Made by a program: the position numbers and the translations under genes
The notes under the pieces: generated by a model
What the model was told of the DNA's origin: nothing
The model's input: only the letters and a program-made list of their open reading frames with translations
Database searches by the model: none
Shown here: one piece after another, positions 38,964-47,073 of the stretch
How positions within the stretch are numbered: position 1 is the first letter of the stretch
How the letters are laid out: every line of letters begins with the position of its first letter
Assembly: GCA_963842815.1 (NCBI GenBank)
Contig: CAWJHU010000001.1
Coordinates: 179,020 to 243,019, forward strand
Origin: Candidatus Nomurabacteria bacterium
GTDB taxonomy: Bacteria > Patescibacteriota > Minisyncoccia > Phycocordibacterales > UBA9973
Reading direction: 5' to 3'
DNA: 64,000 bases

Positions 38964-39422
38964 TCACGAACAATATTTTCTACGATGATACTCTCCATGA
39001 AGTAGTTCGTTTACATCATTAAAAGAAACGGTTGTGATTTGTATTTCAAATGACACTCCGTTTTTATATGCAATGAATTGCAGAAGTCGTAGCACTTTCC
39101 CATTAATGCTGGGACATTCTTTTGGTTTTTTGATGTAATCATGATCAAGAAAACCGGAAAATGTTTGTGAAATTTTTTCAAGAACTGCATACGCCTCATC
39201 AATTGATTCCACAAGAATGCGTATGCCATACACATCATCAATGGAGAAAATATTCTTTGTATTTTTCAGACACATCTTTTTCCTTAATATCTCTGAATCT
39301 TTTATGCGGGAAATGATGAACAGATTTTTTACAACAGCACCCACGATACTTTTTACTTCTTCCGCAAGCATATCAATCGTACAACCTATATGCTGTTTAT
39401 ATATTGATATATTATTACACAT
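38964..39422 (-). CDS. Small RelA/SpoT-domain nucleotidyltransferase-like protein (152 aa), possible small alarmone synthetase / toxSAS-like, catalytic completeness uncertain
   Basis: SRIKDSEIL, DVYGIRILVESIDEAYAVL, DYIKKPKE, FEIQITT, HGEYHRRKY are collinear with RelA_SpoT domain motifs (RxKxxxS, D-x-G-x-R, DYIxxPK, EIQIRT, HxxYK). Confidence 0.45.
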   Translation of the reverse strand: MCNNISIYKQHIGCTIDMLAEEVKSIVGAVVKNLFIISRIKDSEILRKKMCLKNTKNIFSIDDVYGIRILVESIDEAYAVLEKISQTFSGFLDHDYIKKPKECPSINGKVLRLLQFIAYKNGVSFEIQITTVSFNDVNELLHGEYHRRKYCS

Positions 39423-39522
39423 GGCTACAGTTGCCTCCTTTCTGTTGTGAATGTGTATACACAGAGAAAATTATTCTCTCTGTTCTCCGTATATTACTCT
39501 AAATTGTTTTAATCATTTTGTC

Positions 39523-39603
39523 AAACTTGCCAAGCGGAACTTATTTCTACAAGCTCCAAACAGGAGCCAATGTAGAAACAAAAAAGATGCTTTTAGTTAA
39601 ATA
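39523..39603 (+). pseudogene. 3' remnant of a fourth CTD-cassette gene (encodes ...[27 protein letters not shown])
   Basis: ~80 nt nearly identical to the 3' ends of 40348..41256 and 44047..44955. It is followed by the same terminator type as after 42271..43152. Confidence 0.7.
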
Positions 39604-39665
39604 AAATACAAACCAAACCCGTAAGTTTGGTTTTTTATTTTTCTTTTATGATAAAATATAAAAAT

Positions 39666-40040
39666 ATGGAAAAAGATTTTGATAAATGGAACGAATTAAA
39701 GAAAAAAATAGATGTTCGTAATTCAGTATATGTGTCTGAAAGGGATATATGGTTTTGTTCCGTTGGTTTAAATATTGGAAGCGAACAAAGCGGCAAACAT
39801 GAACTTTTTGAACGTCCGGTTTTAGTTGTTAAAGAAGTTACATCAAATACATTTATTGGCATACCTTTAACTTCAAACAGAAAGAAAGGCTCCTGGTACG
39901 TGGAAATAAAATCTACTGACTCCTCCGCTATTATTTCCCAAATAAAATTATTTGATACAAGACGGCTTGCCCGTAAAATAGGGGTTATTTCAATTGAAGA
40001 ATTTGAAATTATAAAAAAGAAATTAAAAGATTATATATAA
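39666..40040 (+). CDS. PemK/MazF-family endoribonuclease toxin-like protein (no adjacent antitoxin seen)
   Basis: SGKHELFERPVLVVKEVTSNTFIGIPLTS matches the MazF/PemK fold signature. It occupies the slot held by an NYN gene after cassette 2. Confidence 0.55.
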   Translation: MEKDFDKWNELKKKIDVRNSVYVSERDIWFCSVGLNIGSEQSGKHELFERPVLVVKEVTSNTFIGIPLTSNRKKGSWYVEIKSTDSSAIISQIKLFDTRRLARKIGVISIEEFEIIKKKLKDYI

Positions 40041-40177
40041 ACAACGAAACCCCCGTAAGGGGGTTTCTCGGAGGCCGAAGCCAAAGTTGTCTACAATATA
40101 GCAAAATCAATATTGAAAGTCAAGCAAAAATATGAAGGCCATTAATTTTGGAAGATTGGGTACATAAAAGGCCACAA

Positions 40178-40347
40178 AATAAGGCTAGAATTGGGGTTGG
40201 GGATAAAGGGGGCTAAAGGGCTTGACATTTGGGTTGATTAGGTGTATTATAATACACAGATAAAGGTTTGTCAATTTTCTTCGAAAAATAAAACAGCTTT
40301 GGCGGATATCCCGCACAAGGCATCACATTTAACTTATAGGAGGCGTT
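40178..40347 (+). promoter_or_regulatory. Repeated promoter + 5' leader module, copy 1 (-35 TTGACA 40222..40227, -10 TATTAT 40245..40250, AGGAGG 40338..40343)
   Basis: ~170-bp block near-identical to 42099..42270 and 43863..44046. The untranslated leader between the -10 and the SD is conserved over ~95 nt. Confidence 0.75.
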
Positions 40348-41256
40348 ATGAAAACGTCATTAAGTATATTAGTTCTTTTGGTAATTTTTGCAGTCGTATT
40401 CTTTACTTCTGCTTTCTCGCAACAACAGATTCAAAACAATGTAGTTAGCAGTAATTGGGGTTTCAATGGTGGGTATTATAATAACCTTGATGCCCAATAT
40501 ACTAAATTTTTACGGGACGCCGATGGCGGAGCTGAATTTTGGATGTCTGGCGGAACGTTCTCGTTTGCACCTAGAATAATGGGTACAGACATGTGGTTTT
40601 TAGGGACTTTTTCTTCTCCATGGCTTCTCGGCGATTCGCTTTCCCTTGAAGTTCAACTTCAATGGAAAGCAGGTGATATCAAGCGCGTTTCTGTTCACAT
40701 AGGTCTTACGGATACATCCATAGGCTCATATTACCCGGGGGAATACAAAATAATTACCTTAGATTCATCCAGGCAAAGACTTTCTTGGGATATGTCTGAA
40801 TTAAAAAAAGCAGGATGGCGGTCAATATCCCAAATGGATTTAGCCTTTGACGCAATCACAACGGATTCTTGCAATGTGGTGTTGCGGATGAGAGGAATGA
40901 ATATGGTTTCCACTGACAGTCTCAGTAGAAAAACCGATATTGCTTTTAATCTCATTTCCACCGGAGTCAAAGAAGTTTCTGCTCAAACTCCAAAAGGGTT
41001 TGCTCTGGAACAGAATTATCCCAATCCGTTCAATCCTTCAACGAAAATTTCTTACTCATTAAAAAACACAGAAAAAGTTTATCTTTCAGTGTTCAATACA
41101 TTGGGTCAAGAAATTGCCGTTTTGGTAAATGACACTCAGAATGCCGGATCTCATGAAGTTATGTTTTCCGCATCTAATTTACCAAGTGGAACATATTTCT
41201 ACCGCCTGCAAACAGGAGCCAATGTAGAAACAAAAAAGATGCTTCTCATAAAATGA
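40348..41256 (+). CDS. Secreted protein with T9SS/Por-type C-terminal sorting-domain-like tail, cassette paralog 1
   Basis: Signal peptide MKTSLSILVLLVIFAVVFFTSAFSQ. C-terminal LEQNYPNPFNPSTKISYSL...VFNTLGQEIAVLV...[13 protein letters not shown]...KKMLLIK. Confidence 0.75.
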   Translation: MKTSLSILVLLVIFAVVFFTSAFSQQQIQNNVVSSNWGFNGGYYNNLDAQYTKFLRDADGGAEFWMSGGTFSFAPRIMGTDMWFLGTFSSPWLLGDSLSLEVQLQWKAGDIKRVSVHIGLTDTSIGSYYPGEYKIITLDSSRQRLSWDMSELKKAGWRSISQMDLAFDAITTDSCNVVLRMRGMNMVSTDSLSRKTDIAFNLISTGVKEVSAQTPKGFALEQNYPNPFNPSTKISYSLKNTEKVYLSVFNTLGQEIAVLVNDTQNAGSHEVMFSASNLPSGTYFYRLQTGANVETKKMLLIK

Positions 41257-41282
41257 GAAGACATCTAGAATTACAGTGCCCG

Positions 41283-41316
41283 ACCTTACAAAGGTTTGGG
41301 CATTTTTTTTTATTTA
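41283..41316. terminator. Bidirectional terminator hairpin GCCCGACC...GGTTTGGGC + T-run
   Basis: Between convergent genes. Confidence 0.55.
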
Positions 41317-41326
41317 ATAACTAAAT

Positions 41327-41896
41327 TCAAAAAATAAATTGTTGCAAATCTGTACTGCCAAATACTCTTTGATAATCACAATCTTTTATTAAACCAACTG
41401 AAGTAGAGTTTGAAAACCCAACATATTCAACTTTTTTCCCTTTTGATTGAACATATTTAATTGCTGGTATTAAATCTGTATCCGAGCTAACAATTATTGC
41501 TGTGTCATATTTATTTTCAATTCCATCAATTACCAAATCAATAGCTATTTTTACATCAACTCCTTTTTCTCTTATTTGATGGTCATAAACAATTTTTCCT
41601 CTCTCTATAACAAAACCGTCATTTTCAAGTATTGATAAAAATTTTTGTTGATTAGCCACCATTTCTGAAGATTTTTTGGTATGGTTATAGTTTCTTACAA
41701 TTCCCACATAATACCCCTTACCGCATAAATTTCTATTGGAAGCCAGAAAAAGAGCAAACTCTTTATAATTAAATGCTCTTCCGGCAGGTATAATTTTAGG
41801 TATTATTGATTCATCTTTTGAATTTTTAGATTCCTTGAAAAGAGCTTTATATGTATTGCCTCCATCTATATAAATTTTTACTCTCTCTGGTGTCAT
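41327..41896 (-). CDS. NYN-domain (LabA-like) protein, paralog 2
   Basis: KIYIDGGNTY ... IIVSSDTDLIPAI. Confidence 0.65.
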   Translation of the reverse strand: MTPERVKIYIDGGNTYKALFKESKNSKDESIIPKIIPAGRAFNYKEFALFLASNRNLCGKGYYVGIVRNYNHTKKSSEMVANQQKFLSILENDGFVIERGKIVYDHQIREKGVDVKIAIDLVIDGIENKYDTAIIVSSDTDLIPAIKYVQSKGKKVEYVGFSNSTSVGLIKDCDYQRVFGSTDLQQFIF

Positions 41897-42098
41897 GCGG
41901 AATATTATATCATATATAAAAACAAAACTGCCCTTGTCTTGCGACAGTGGCAGTGAGCTTAGTGATAGTAGTATATCACAGGTAGCAAGAAAAAGTCAAG
42001 TTATAATACAAAAAAATAATTTTGTCAATTTTTTCGTAAATCTCGGCAGAGAAGACAAAAAATAAACAAATATTTAGCAATTTTCAAATCTTCCCACT

Positions 42099-42270
42099 AA
42101 AATAAGGCTAAAATAGGGGCTGGGGATAAAGGGGGCTAAAGGGCTTGACATTTGGGTTGATTAGGTGTATTATAATACACAGATAAAGGTTTGTCAATTT
42201 TCTTCGAAAAATAAAACAGCTTTGGCGGATATCCCGCACAAGGCATCACATTTAACTTATAGGAGGCGTT
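42099..42270 (+). promoter_or_regulatory. Repeated promoter + leader module, copy 2
   Basis: See copy 1. Confidence 0.75.
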
Positions 42271-43152
42271 ATGAAAACGCTCGTAAATATATTTGTTCTT
42301 TTAATAGTTGTTTCTTTGTCTGCTTTATCTCAGCAGAAGATTCAAACTGAGAATGGATGGAATTTCGCTGGAGCTTATGGTTACCTGGATTCTACTCAGA
42401 CTAGGTCCTACGAAACCTCTACAGGCAGTCAAGTATTTAAGTCTTATGGAGAAACGGGAGGGGACTTGGTTTTCCAAACAACTTGGTCTAAAGATTTTAA
42501 GAATTTATTAATGCCTGATACAATTTCCATAGATTTGGAATTTCTAAAAGGAGTTAATAATAGGAAAACCACTTGTATTTTCCTGGCGGTGCAAGAATCA
42601 CCCATTGGACTTTATTATTTTCTTGGAAAGTATCAACCAGTTTCCTCTAGTGGAGAATGGCAAAGGTTCTCTTGGGATATGTCTCTAGCGAAGATTTACA
42701 ACATGAAATCACTTTACCGAGTCTATCTCATTCTTGCTACAGAAACAGCAGATTCCATCACTTACACTGGAATGGAAGTAGAGTTAAAAAACTTGATTGG
42801 TATTGATAGTCTGGGAGTAAAGACTTACATCGACCTTGGTGCTATTGCCACCGGAGTCGATGGAGTTTCTGAAGTAAAACAAGTTCCTTCTGGATTTGTT
42901 TTGGAACAAAACTATCCTAACCCTTTCAATCCTGATACAAGGATTTCTTACTCACTGAAAAATGCAGGAAAAGTTCATCTTTCTGTATTTAACATGTTGG
43001 GTCAAGAAGTTGCAGTTCTAGTGAATGGCACTCAAAACATAGGAGCTCATGAGGCCACGTTTAATGCCTCAAACTTACCAAGTGGTGTTTACTTGTGTAG
43101 GCTTGCGGTTGATAACAATGTCATTACAAAAAAGATGCTTTTGCTAAAATAA
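42271..43152 (+). CDS. Secreted protein with Por-type CTD-like tail, cassette paralog 2 (divergent N-terminal domain)
   Basis: Signal peptide MKTLVNIFVLLIVVSLSALSQ. CTD LEQNYPNPFNPDTRISYSL...VFNMLGQEVAVLV...FNASNLPSGVYLCRL...KKMLLLK. Confidence 0.75.
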   Translation: MKTLVNIFVLLIVVSLSALSQQKIQTENGWNFAGAYGYLDSTQTRSYETSTGSQVFKSYGETGGDLVFQTTWSKDFKNLLMPDTISIDLEFLKGVNNRKTTCIFLAVQESPIGLYYFLGKYQPVSSSGEWQRFSWDMSLAKIYNMKSLYRVYLILATETADSITYTGMEVELKNLIGIDSLGVKTYIDLGAIATGVDGVSEVKQVPSGFVLEQNYPNPFNPDTRISYSLKNAGKVHLSVFNMLGQEVAVLVNGTQNIGAHEATFNASNLPSGVYLCRLAVDNNVITKKMLLLK

Positions 43153-43221
43153 TATTTAAATACTAAACATAAACCAAACCTGCAAGTTTGGTTTTTTATT
43201 TTTCCGTGATAAAATTTATAA

Positions 43222-43737
43222 ATGAATAAAGAAAATAATCTTGCTTTTATTGATGGACAAAATTTACACATAGGAATAATGCAAAATGATTGGAAGATTG
43301 ACCATAATAAATTTAGAATATATTTAAAAGATAAGTATCATGTATCAGAAGCTTATTATGTTTTAGGCTTTATTTCAGAAAAAGAACAAGATTTATATAA
43401 CAATCTTCAAAAGGCAGGGTTTATAGTTATATTTAAAGAACACAATCCTAAGCTTTTAGCTAAGAAAAAAGGAAATGTGGACACCGACATTGTTTTTGAA
43501 GCAATGAAAAATCTTATTGATAACAAAAATTTTGATAAAATAGTTTTGGTTTCTGGCGATGGAGATTATAAAAAATTAGTTGATTACTTAATTACAAAAA
43601 ATAAATTTAAAAAAATACTTTTTCCAATCAAGAAGTTCGCGTCATCTTTATACGATGATCTGGGTTCAGAATTTTTTGATTATTTAGAAAACCTTAAAAC
43701 ATACATAGAATGGCATAAAAAAGAAAAGGGCTCCTAA
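43222..43737 (+). CDS. NYN-domain (LabA-like) protein, paralog 3
   Basis: LAFIDGQNL ... VDTDIVFEAM ... LVSGDGDY. Confidence 0.65.
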   Translation: MNKENNLAFIDGQNLHIGIMQNDWKIDHNKFRIYLKDKYHVSEAYYVLGFISEKEQDLYNNLQKAGFIVIFKEHNPKLLAKKKGNVDTDIVFEAMKNLIDNKNFDKIVLVSGDGDYKKLVDYLITKNKFKKILFPIKKFASSLYDDLGSEFFDYLENLKTYIEWHKKEKGS

Positions 43738-43862
43738 GGCACAAACACCTTTCGGATCCCTTTTCGTATAAATATGCCTTGATTGTATCATGTATCTCGC
43801 ATCTATGCAAGGGATTTTGTCTATTTTATAGGACTTTTGCTCCTTAAGCCAATATCCCCCAC

Positions 43863-44046
43863 AAAATAAGGCTAAAAAGGGGGTTGTGGATAGATTGGGG
43901 ATAACTTAGGCTAAGGGGACTTGACATTTGGGTTGATTAGGTGTATCATAATACACAGATAAAGGTTTGTCAATTTTCTTCGAAAAATAAAACAGCTTTG
44001 GCGGATATCCCGCACAAGGCATCACATTTAACTTATAGGAGGCGTT
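43863..44046 (+). promoter_or_regulatory. Repeated promoter + leader module, copy 3
   Basis: See copy 1. Confidence 0.75.
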
Positions 44047-44955
44047 ATGAAAACGTCATTAAGTATATTAGTTCTTTTGGTAATTTTTGCAGTCGTATTC
44101 TTTACTTCTGCTTTCTCGCAACAACAGATTCAAAACAATGTAGTTAGCGGTAATTGGGGTTTCAATGGTGGGTATTATAATAACCTTGATGCCCAATATA
44201 CTAAATTTTTCCGGGACGCCGATGGCGGAGCTGAATTTTGGATGTCTGGCGGAACGGTTTCATTTTCGCCTACAACAATGGGTACAGACATGTGGTTTTT
44301 GGGGACTTTTTCTTCTCCATGGCTTCTCGGCGATTCGCTTTCCCTTGAAGTTCAACTTCAATGGAAAGCAGGCGATATCAAACGAGTTTCTGTCCACATA
44401 GGTCTTACGGATACATCCATAGGCTCATATTACCCGGGGGAATACAAAATAATTACCTTAGATTCATCCAGGCAAAGACTTTCTTGGGATATGTCTGAAA
44501 TAAAAAAAGCAGGATGGCGGTCAATATCCCAAATGGATTTGGCCTTTAAGGCAAATACAGTGGATTCTTGCAATGTAGTGTTGCGAATGAGAGGAATGAA
44601 TATGGTTTCCACTGACAGTCTCAGTAGAAAAACCGATATTGCTTTTAATCTCATTTCCACCGGAGTCAAAGAAGTTTCTGCTCAAACTCCAAAAGGGTTT
44701 GCTCTGGAACAGAATTATCCCAATCCTTTTAATCCTTCAACGACTATAAGATTCTCTGTTCCCCAAACGGAACAGGTGAGTTTGAAAGTTTATAATTCAT
44801 TAGGGCAAGAAGTTCAAACCCTGGTGAATGAAGTGAAAGGAAAAGGAAATTATGAAGCGACGTTTAATGCTTCTAACTTGCCTTCCGGAACATATTTCTA
44901 CAGACTCCAAGCAGGAGTCAATGTAGAAACAAAGAAAATGATGTTAGTAAAGTAA
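44047..44955 (+). CDS. Secreted protein with Por-type CTD-like tail, cassette paralog 3 (N-terminal ~230 aa near-identical to paralog 1; CTD of a different subtype)
   Basis: Mosaic structure. The body equals paralog 1 and the tail is LEQNYPNPFNPSTTIRFSV...VYNSLGQEVQTLV...[16 protein letters not shown]...KKMMLVK. Confidence 0.75.
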   Translation: MKTSLSILVLLVIFAVVFFTSAFSQQQIQNNVVSGNWGFNGGYYNNLDAQYTKFFRDADGGAEFWMSGGTVSFSPTTMGTDMWFLGTFSSPWLLGDSLSLEVQLQWKAGDIKRVSVHIGLTDTSIGSYYPGEYKIITLDSSRQRLSWDMSEIKKAGWRSISQMDLAFKANTVDSCNVVLRMRGMNMVSTDSLSRKTDIAFNLISTGVKEVSAQTPKGFALEQNYPNPFNPSTTIRFSVPQTEQVSLKVYNSLGQEVQTLVNEVKGKGNYEATFNASNLPSGTYFYRLQAGVNVETKKMMLVK

Positions 44956-44961
44956 AATTTA

Positions 44962-45000
44962 GGGTCTGGAACAATTTATTGTTTCGGACCCTTTTTCGTT
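44962..45000 (+). terminator. Rho-independent terminator GGGTCTGGAACAA...TTGTTTCGGACCC + TTTTT
   Basis: Hairpin + U-tract after the cassette 3 stop. Confidence 0.6.
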
Positions 45001-45054
45001 TCCAGACTTATCAACAGTCTTATTAATTTTTTCAATTTGTGGTGTATAATATAA

Positions 45055-47040
45055 ATGTATTTACTAATTAAAACTAGTTTTAAAAATATGCATACATATA
45101 AAAAATTTTTAATAATCTTTATTTTTACATTTGGAATATTATTGGCGCGGAATGCCTCAGCTACTGCTCCGGATGCTTTTATTTCCGCCGGTTCTTCTGG
45201 CACTGGAACAAATGTCCAAATAACTATCCCGAGCGGGAGTAGAACCACAATCTCTTGGGGGACAAACAATGGAACTAACTGCGCTGCTGATGACACGGAC
45301 CATTCATCTCCCGAAGCGATTAGTTTATATAATGCTTTTTCTGCGGTAGTAGGAAATTTGTGGGCCGGGTCTTATTTAACACCTTATTTGACTAGCACCG
45401 CTTACTATAGTGTGCATTGTTACAATTATTATAATGAAAAAAGTGCCATAGTAACAGCTACGATTTTAATTGGCACAAATGGTTCTTGTTCGTCAACTCC
45501 CTATGGTTGTTCTGCGGGGACAAGTGCTAATAATGCGGAGAGTACCACTTCTTGGACTTGGACTTGCGTCGGTTTGGGCGCGGGAACGAATGCTTCTTGT
45601 TCACAAACAAAACCCACTGGCACCCTAACTGCTGCTAATTGTACAATCCCTGATGGCTCAAATAGTTGCAATTCAACAGTTAATTGGACACAAACCCCCA
45701 ATATAGCTTCTTTTGCTACTATTTATGCTGAATCTCCAAACTGGACTGGTCTTACTTCACTCTCTGTTCCTCCTCCTTCTTCCCCAGATGGAAGTTCAGG
45801 TTCTTTTTCAGCTTCTATCCCATATAATTATGAAAAATTTTATCTTTATGCCCTTAATGGTAGTACTATTCTTTCTACAACTACTGTTACGGCCAATTGT
45901 GCCTCAGCTTCTTCTTGGAGTACCAGTAGCAATACCTGCGTGCCCAAACCCGTCCTAGCTCTTTCAGCTTATCCCGCCACTGTTTATCTCCCAGTAGGGG
46001 CACTCGCGCAATCGGCATCAACAATAACAACAACAGCTGGGAGTAGTGTTACCGGCATTAATTATGCGCAACCTATGACAGACTCTGACAATGGTAAATG
46101 CCTTTTGACTACAAAGTTGCTTGATAGGAGCGATGGGAACAAAGACCTTTCCATTGATACAACTAAGGCAACAAACAGTGACTGTAAGCCTGGATACGTA
46201 AATGTAACCGCAACAGGAAATAATGGAGCAGTTTCTAGTTCAACAACCGTAACTGTCAACATAATGTCCGGCACACTCACACCAAATAATTCATATTGCA
46301 CTATTTCCGAAGGGAAAAGCAGTTGCAATGTGGGCCTGACTTGGAAGGTGACGAATCCCACGGTTCCCGGTCCAATTTCTGCCGTCACTTCTTCCATAAA
46401 AGACGATGGGACCGCTAATAACAATACTCCTGTTTATTACAATGATGATGCGGACAGTAGGTCAGTTGTTGTTCCATACAGCAATACTCTTAAGCCGGAT
46501 GTTCATGGCAGAGATTTTTATCTTTATAACAATGGCTATCCTCTTGCCCAGACTTCTGTTACGGCTAGTTGTGTCTCGGGTCTCAACTGGGACGGAAGCA
46601 AGTGTGCCTTGTCTGTTCCAGTCCTTCCCATTCCCGCTTCTCCTTCCATTGACGCTACCACCGGAGCCTGTGGAGGAAAAATCAATTTGGTTTGGGAGGC
46701 TGTCTCTGGAGCGGCCAGCTACAATGTATATCGCGACAACTTAAGTACTAAATTGGCCGCCGCCGGAAACAGCGCGCATGATTCGTCAAATCCATATGTT
46801 GATACCGGACTTGCGCTCGGCTCCAACCATACCTATGGCATTTCCGCTTCAAATACGAGCGGAACTTCTGCTGTGTCTTGGACTAACAACGGTATTATGG
46901 CTTCAGGCGCTTGCACTCAATTATCCGGAACGCTTTCCGCGGATTCTCCTTCTTCACCGTTGAATTCTCTTCTTTGCATCATTCCCACCGGACAGAGCAG
47001 TTGTTCCGTGAACCTAAGCTGGGACACTGAATTCCCTTAA
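45055..47040 (+). CDS. Large secreted surface protein (661 aa) built from repeated 4-Cys modules and Ig/Fn3-like segments; adjacent to T4P genes
   Basis: Signal peptide ...FLIIFIFTFGILLARNASA. Module GSCSSTPYGCSAGTSANNAESTTSWTWTCVGLGAGTNASCSQTKP. Many C-x-I-P / S-S-C-N motifs. Confidence 0.65.
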   Translation: MYLLIKTSFKNMHTYKKFLIIFIFTFGILLARNASATAPDAFISAGSSGTGTNVQITIPSGSRTTISWGTNNGTNCAADDTDHSSPEAISLYNAFSAVVGNLWAGSYLTPYLTSTAYYSVHCYNYYNEKSAIVTATILIGTNGSCSSTPYGCSAGTSANNAESTTSWTWTCVGLGAGTNASCSQTKPTGTLTAANCTIPDGSNSCNSTVNWTQTPNIASFATIYAESPNWTGLTSLSVPPPSSPDGSSGSFSASIPYNYEKFYLYALNGSTILSTTTVTANCASASSWSTSSNTCVPKPVLALSAYPATVYLPVGALAQSASTITTTAGSSVTGINYAQPMTDSDNGKCLLTTKLLDRSDGNKDLSIDTTKATNSDCKPGYVNVTATGNNGAVSSSTTVTVNIMSGTLTPNNSYCTISEGKSSCNVGLTWKVTNPTVPGPISAVTSSIKDDGTANNNTPVYYNDDADSRSVVVPYSNTLKPDVHGRDFYLYNNGYPLAQTSVTASCVSGLNWDGSKCALSVPVLPIPASPSIDATTGACGGKINLVWEAVSGAASYNVYRDNLSTKLAAAGNSAHDSSNPYVDTGLALGSNHTYGISASNTSGTSAVSWTNNGIMASGACTQLSGTLSADSPSSPLNSLLCIIPTGQSSCSVNLSWDTEFP

Positions 47041-47073
47041 AGTATCTATCCTATTAATTTTTTAAAATTACAA

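Noticed and set aside
40242-40448. ORFs MYYNTQIKVCQFSSKNK... (also at 42165..42350 and 43941..44147) overlapping the repeated leader
   Set aside because: They sit between the -10 box and the SD of the downstream genes, have no RBS of their own, and exist only because the leader is repeated. They are treated as non-coding leader.
40348-44955. Inferring a Bacteroidetes origin of the whole contig from the Por-type tails
   Set aside because: Promoters are -35/-10 sigma70 type and genes carry strong AGGAGG SDs, unlike Bacteroidetes. No T9SS genes are present.
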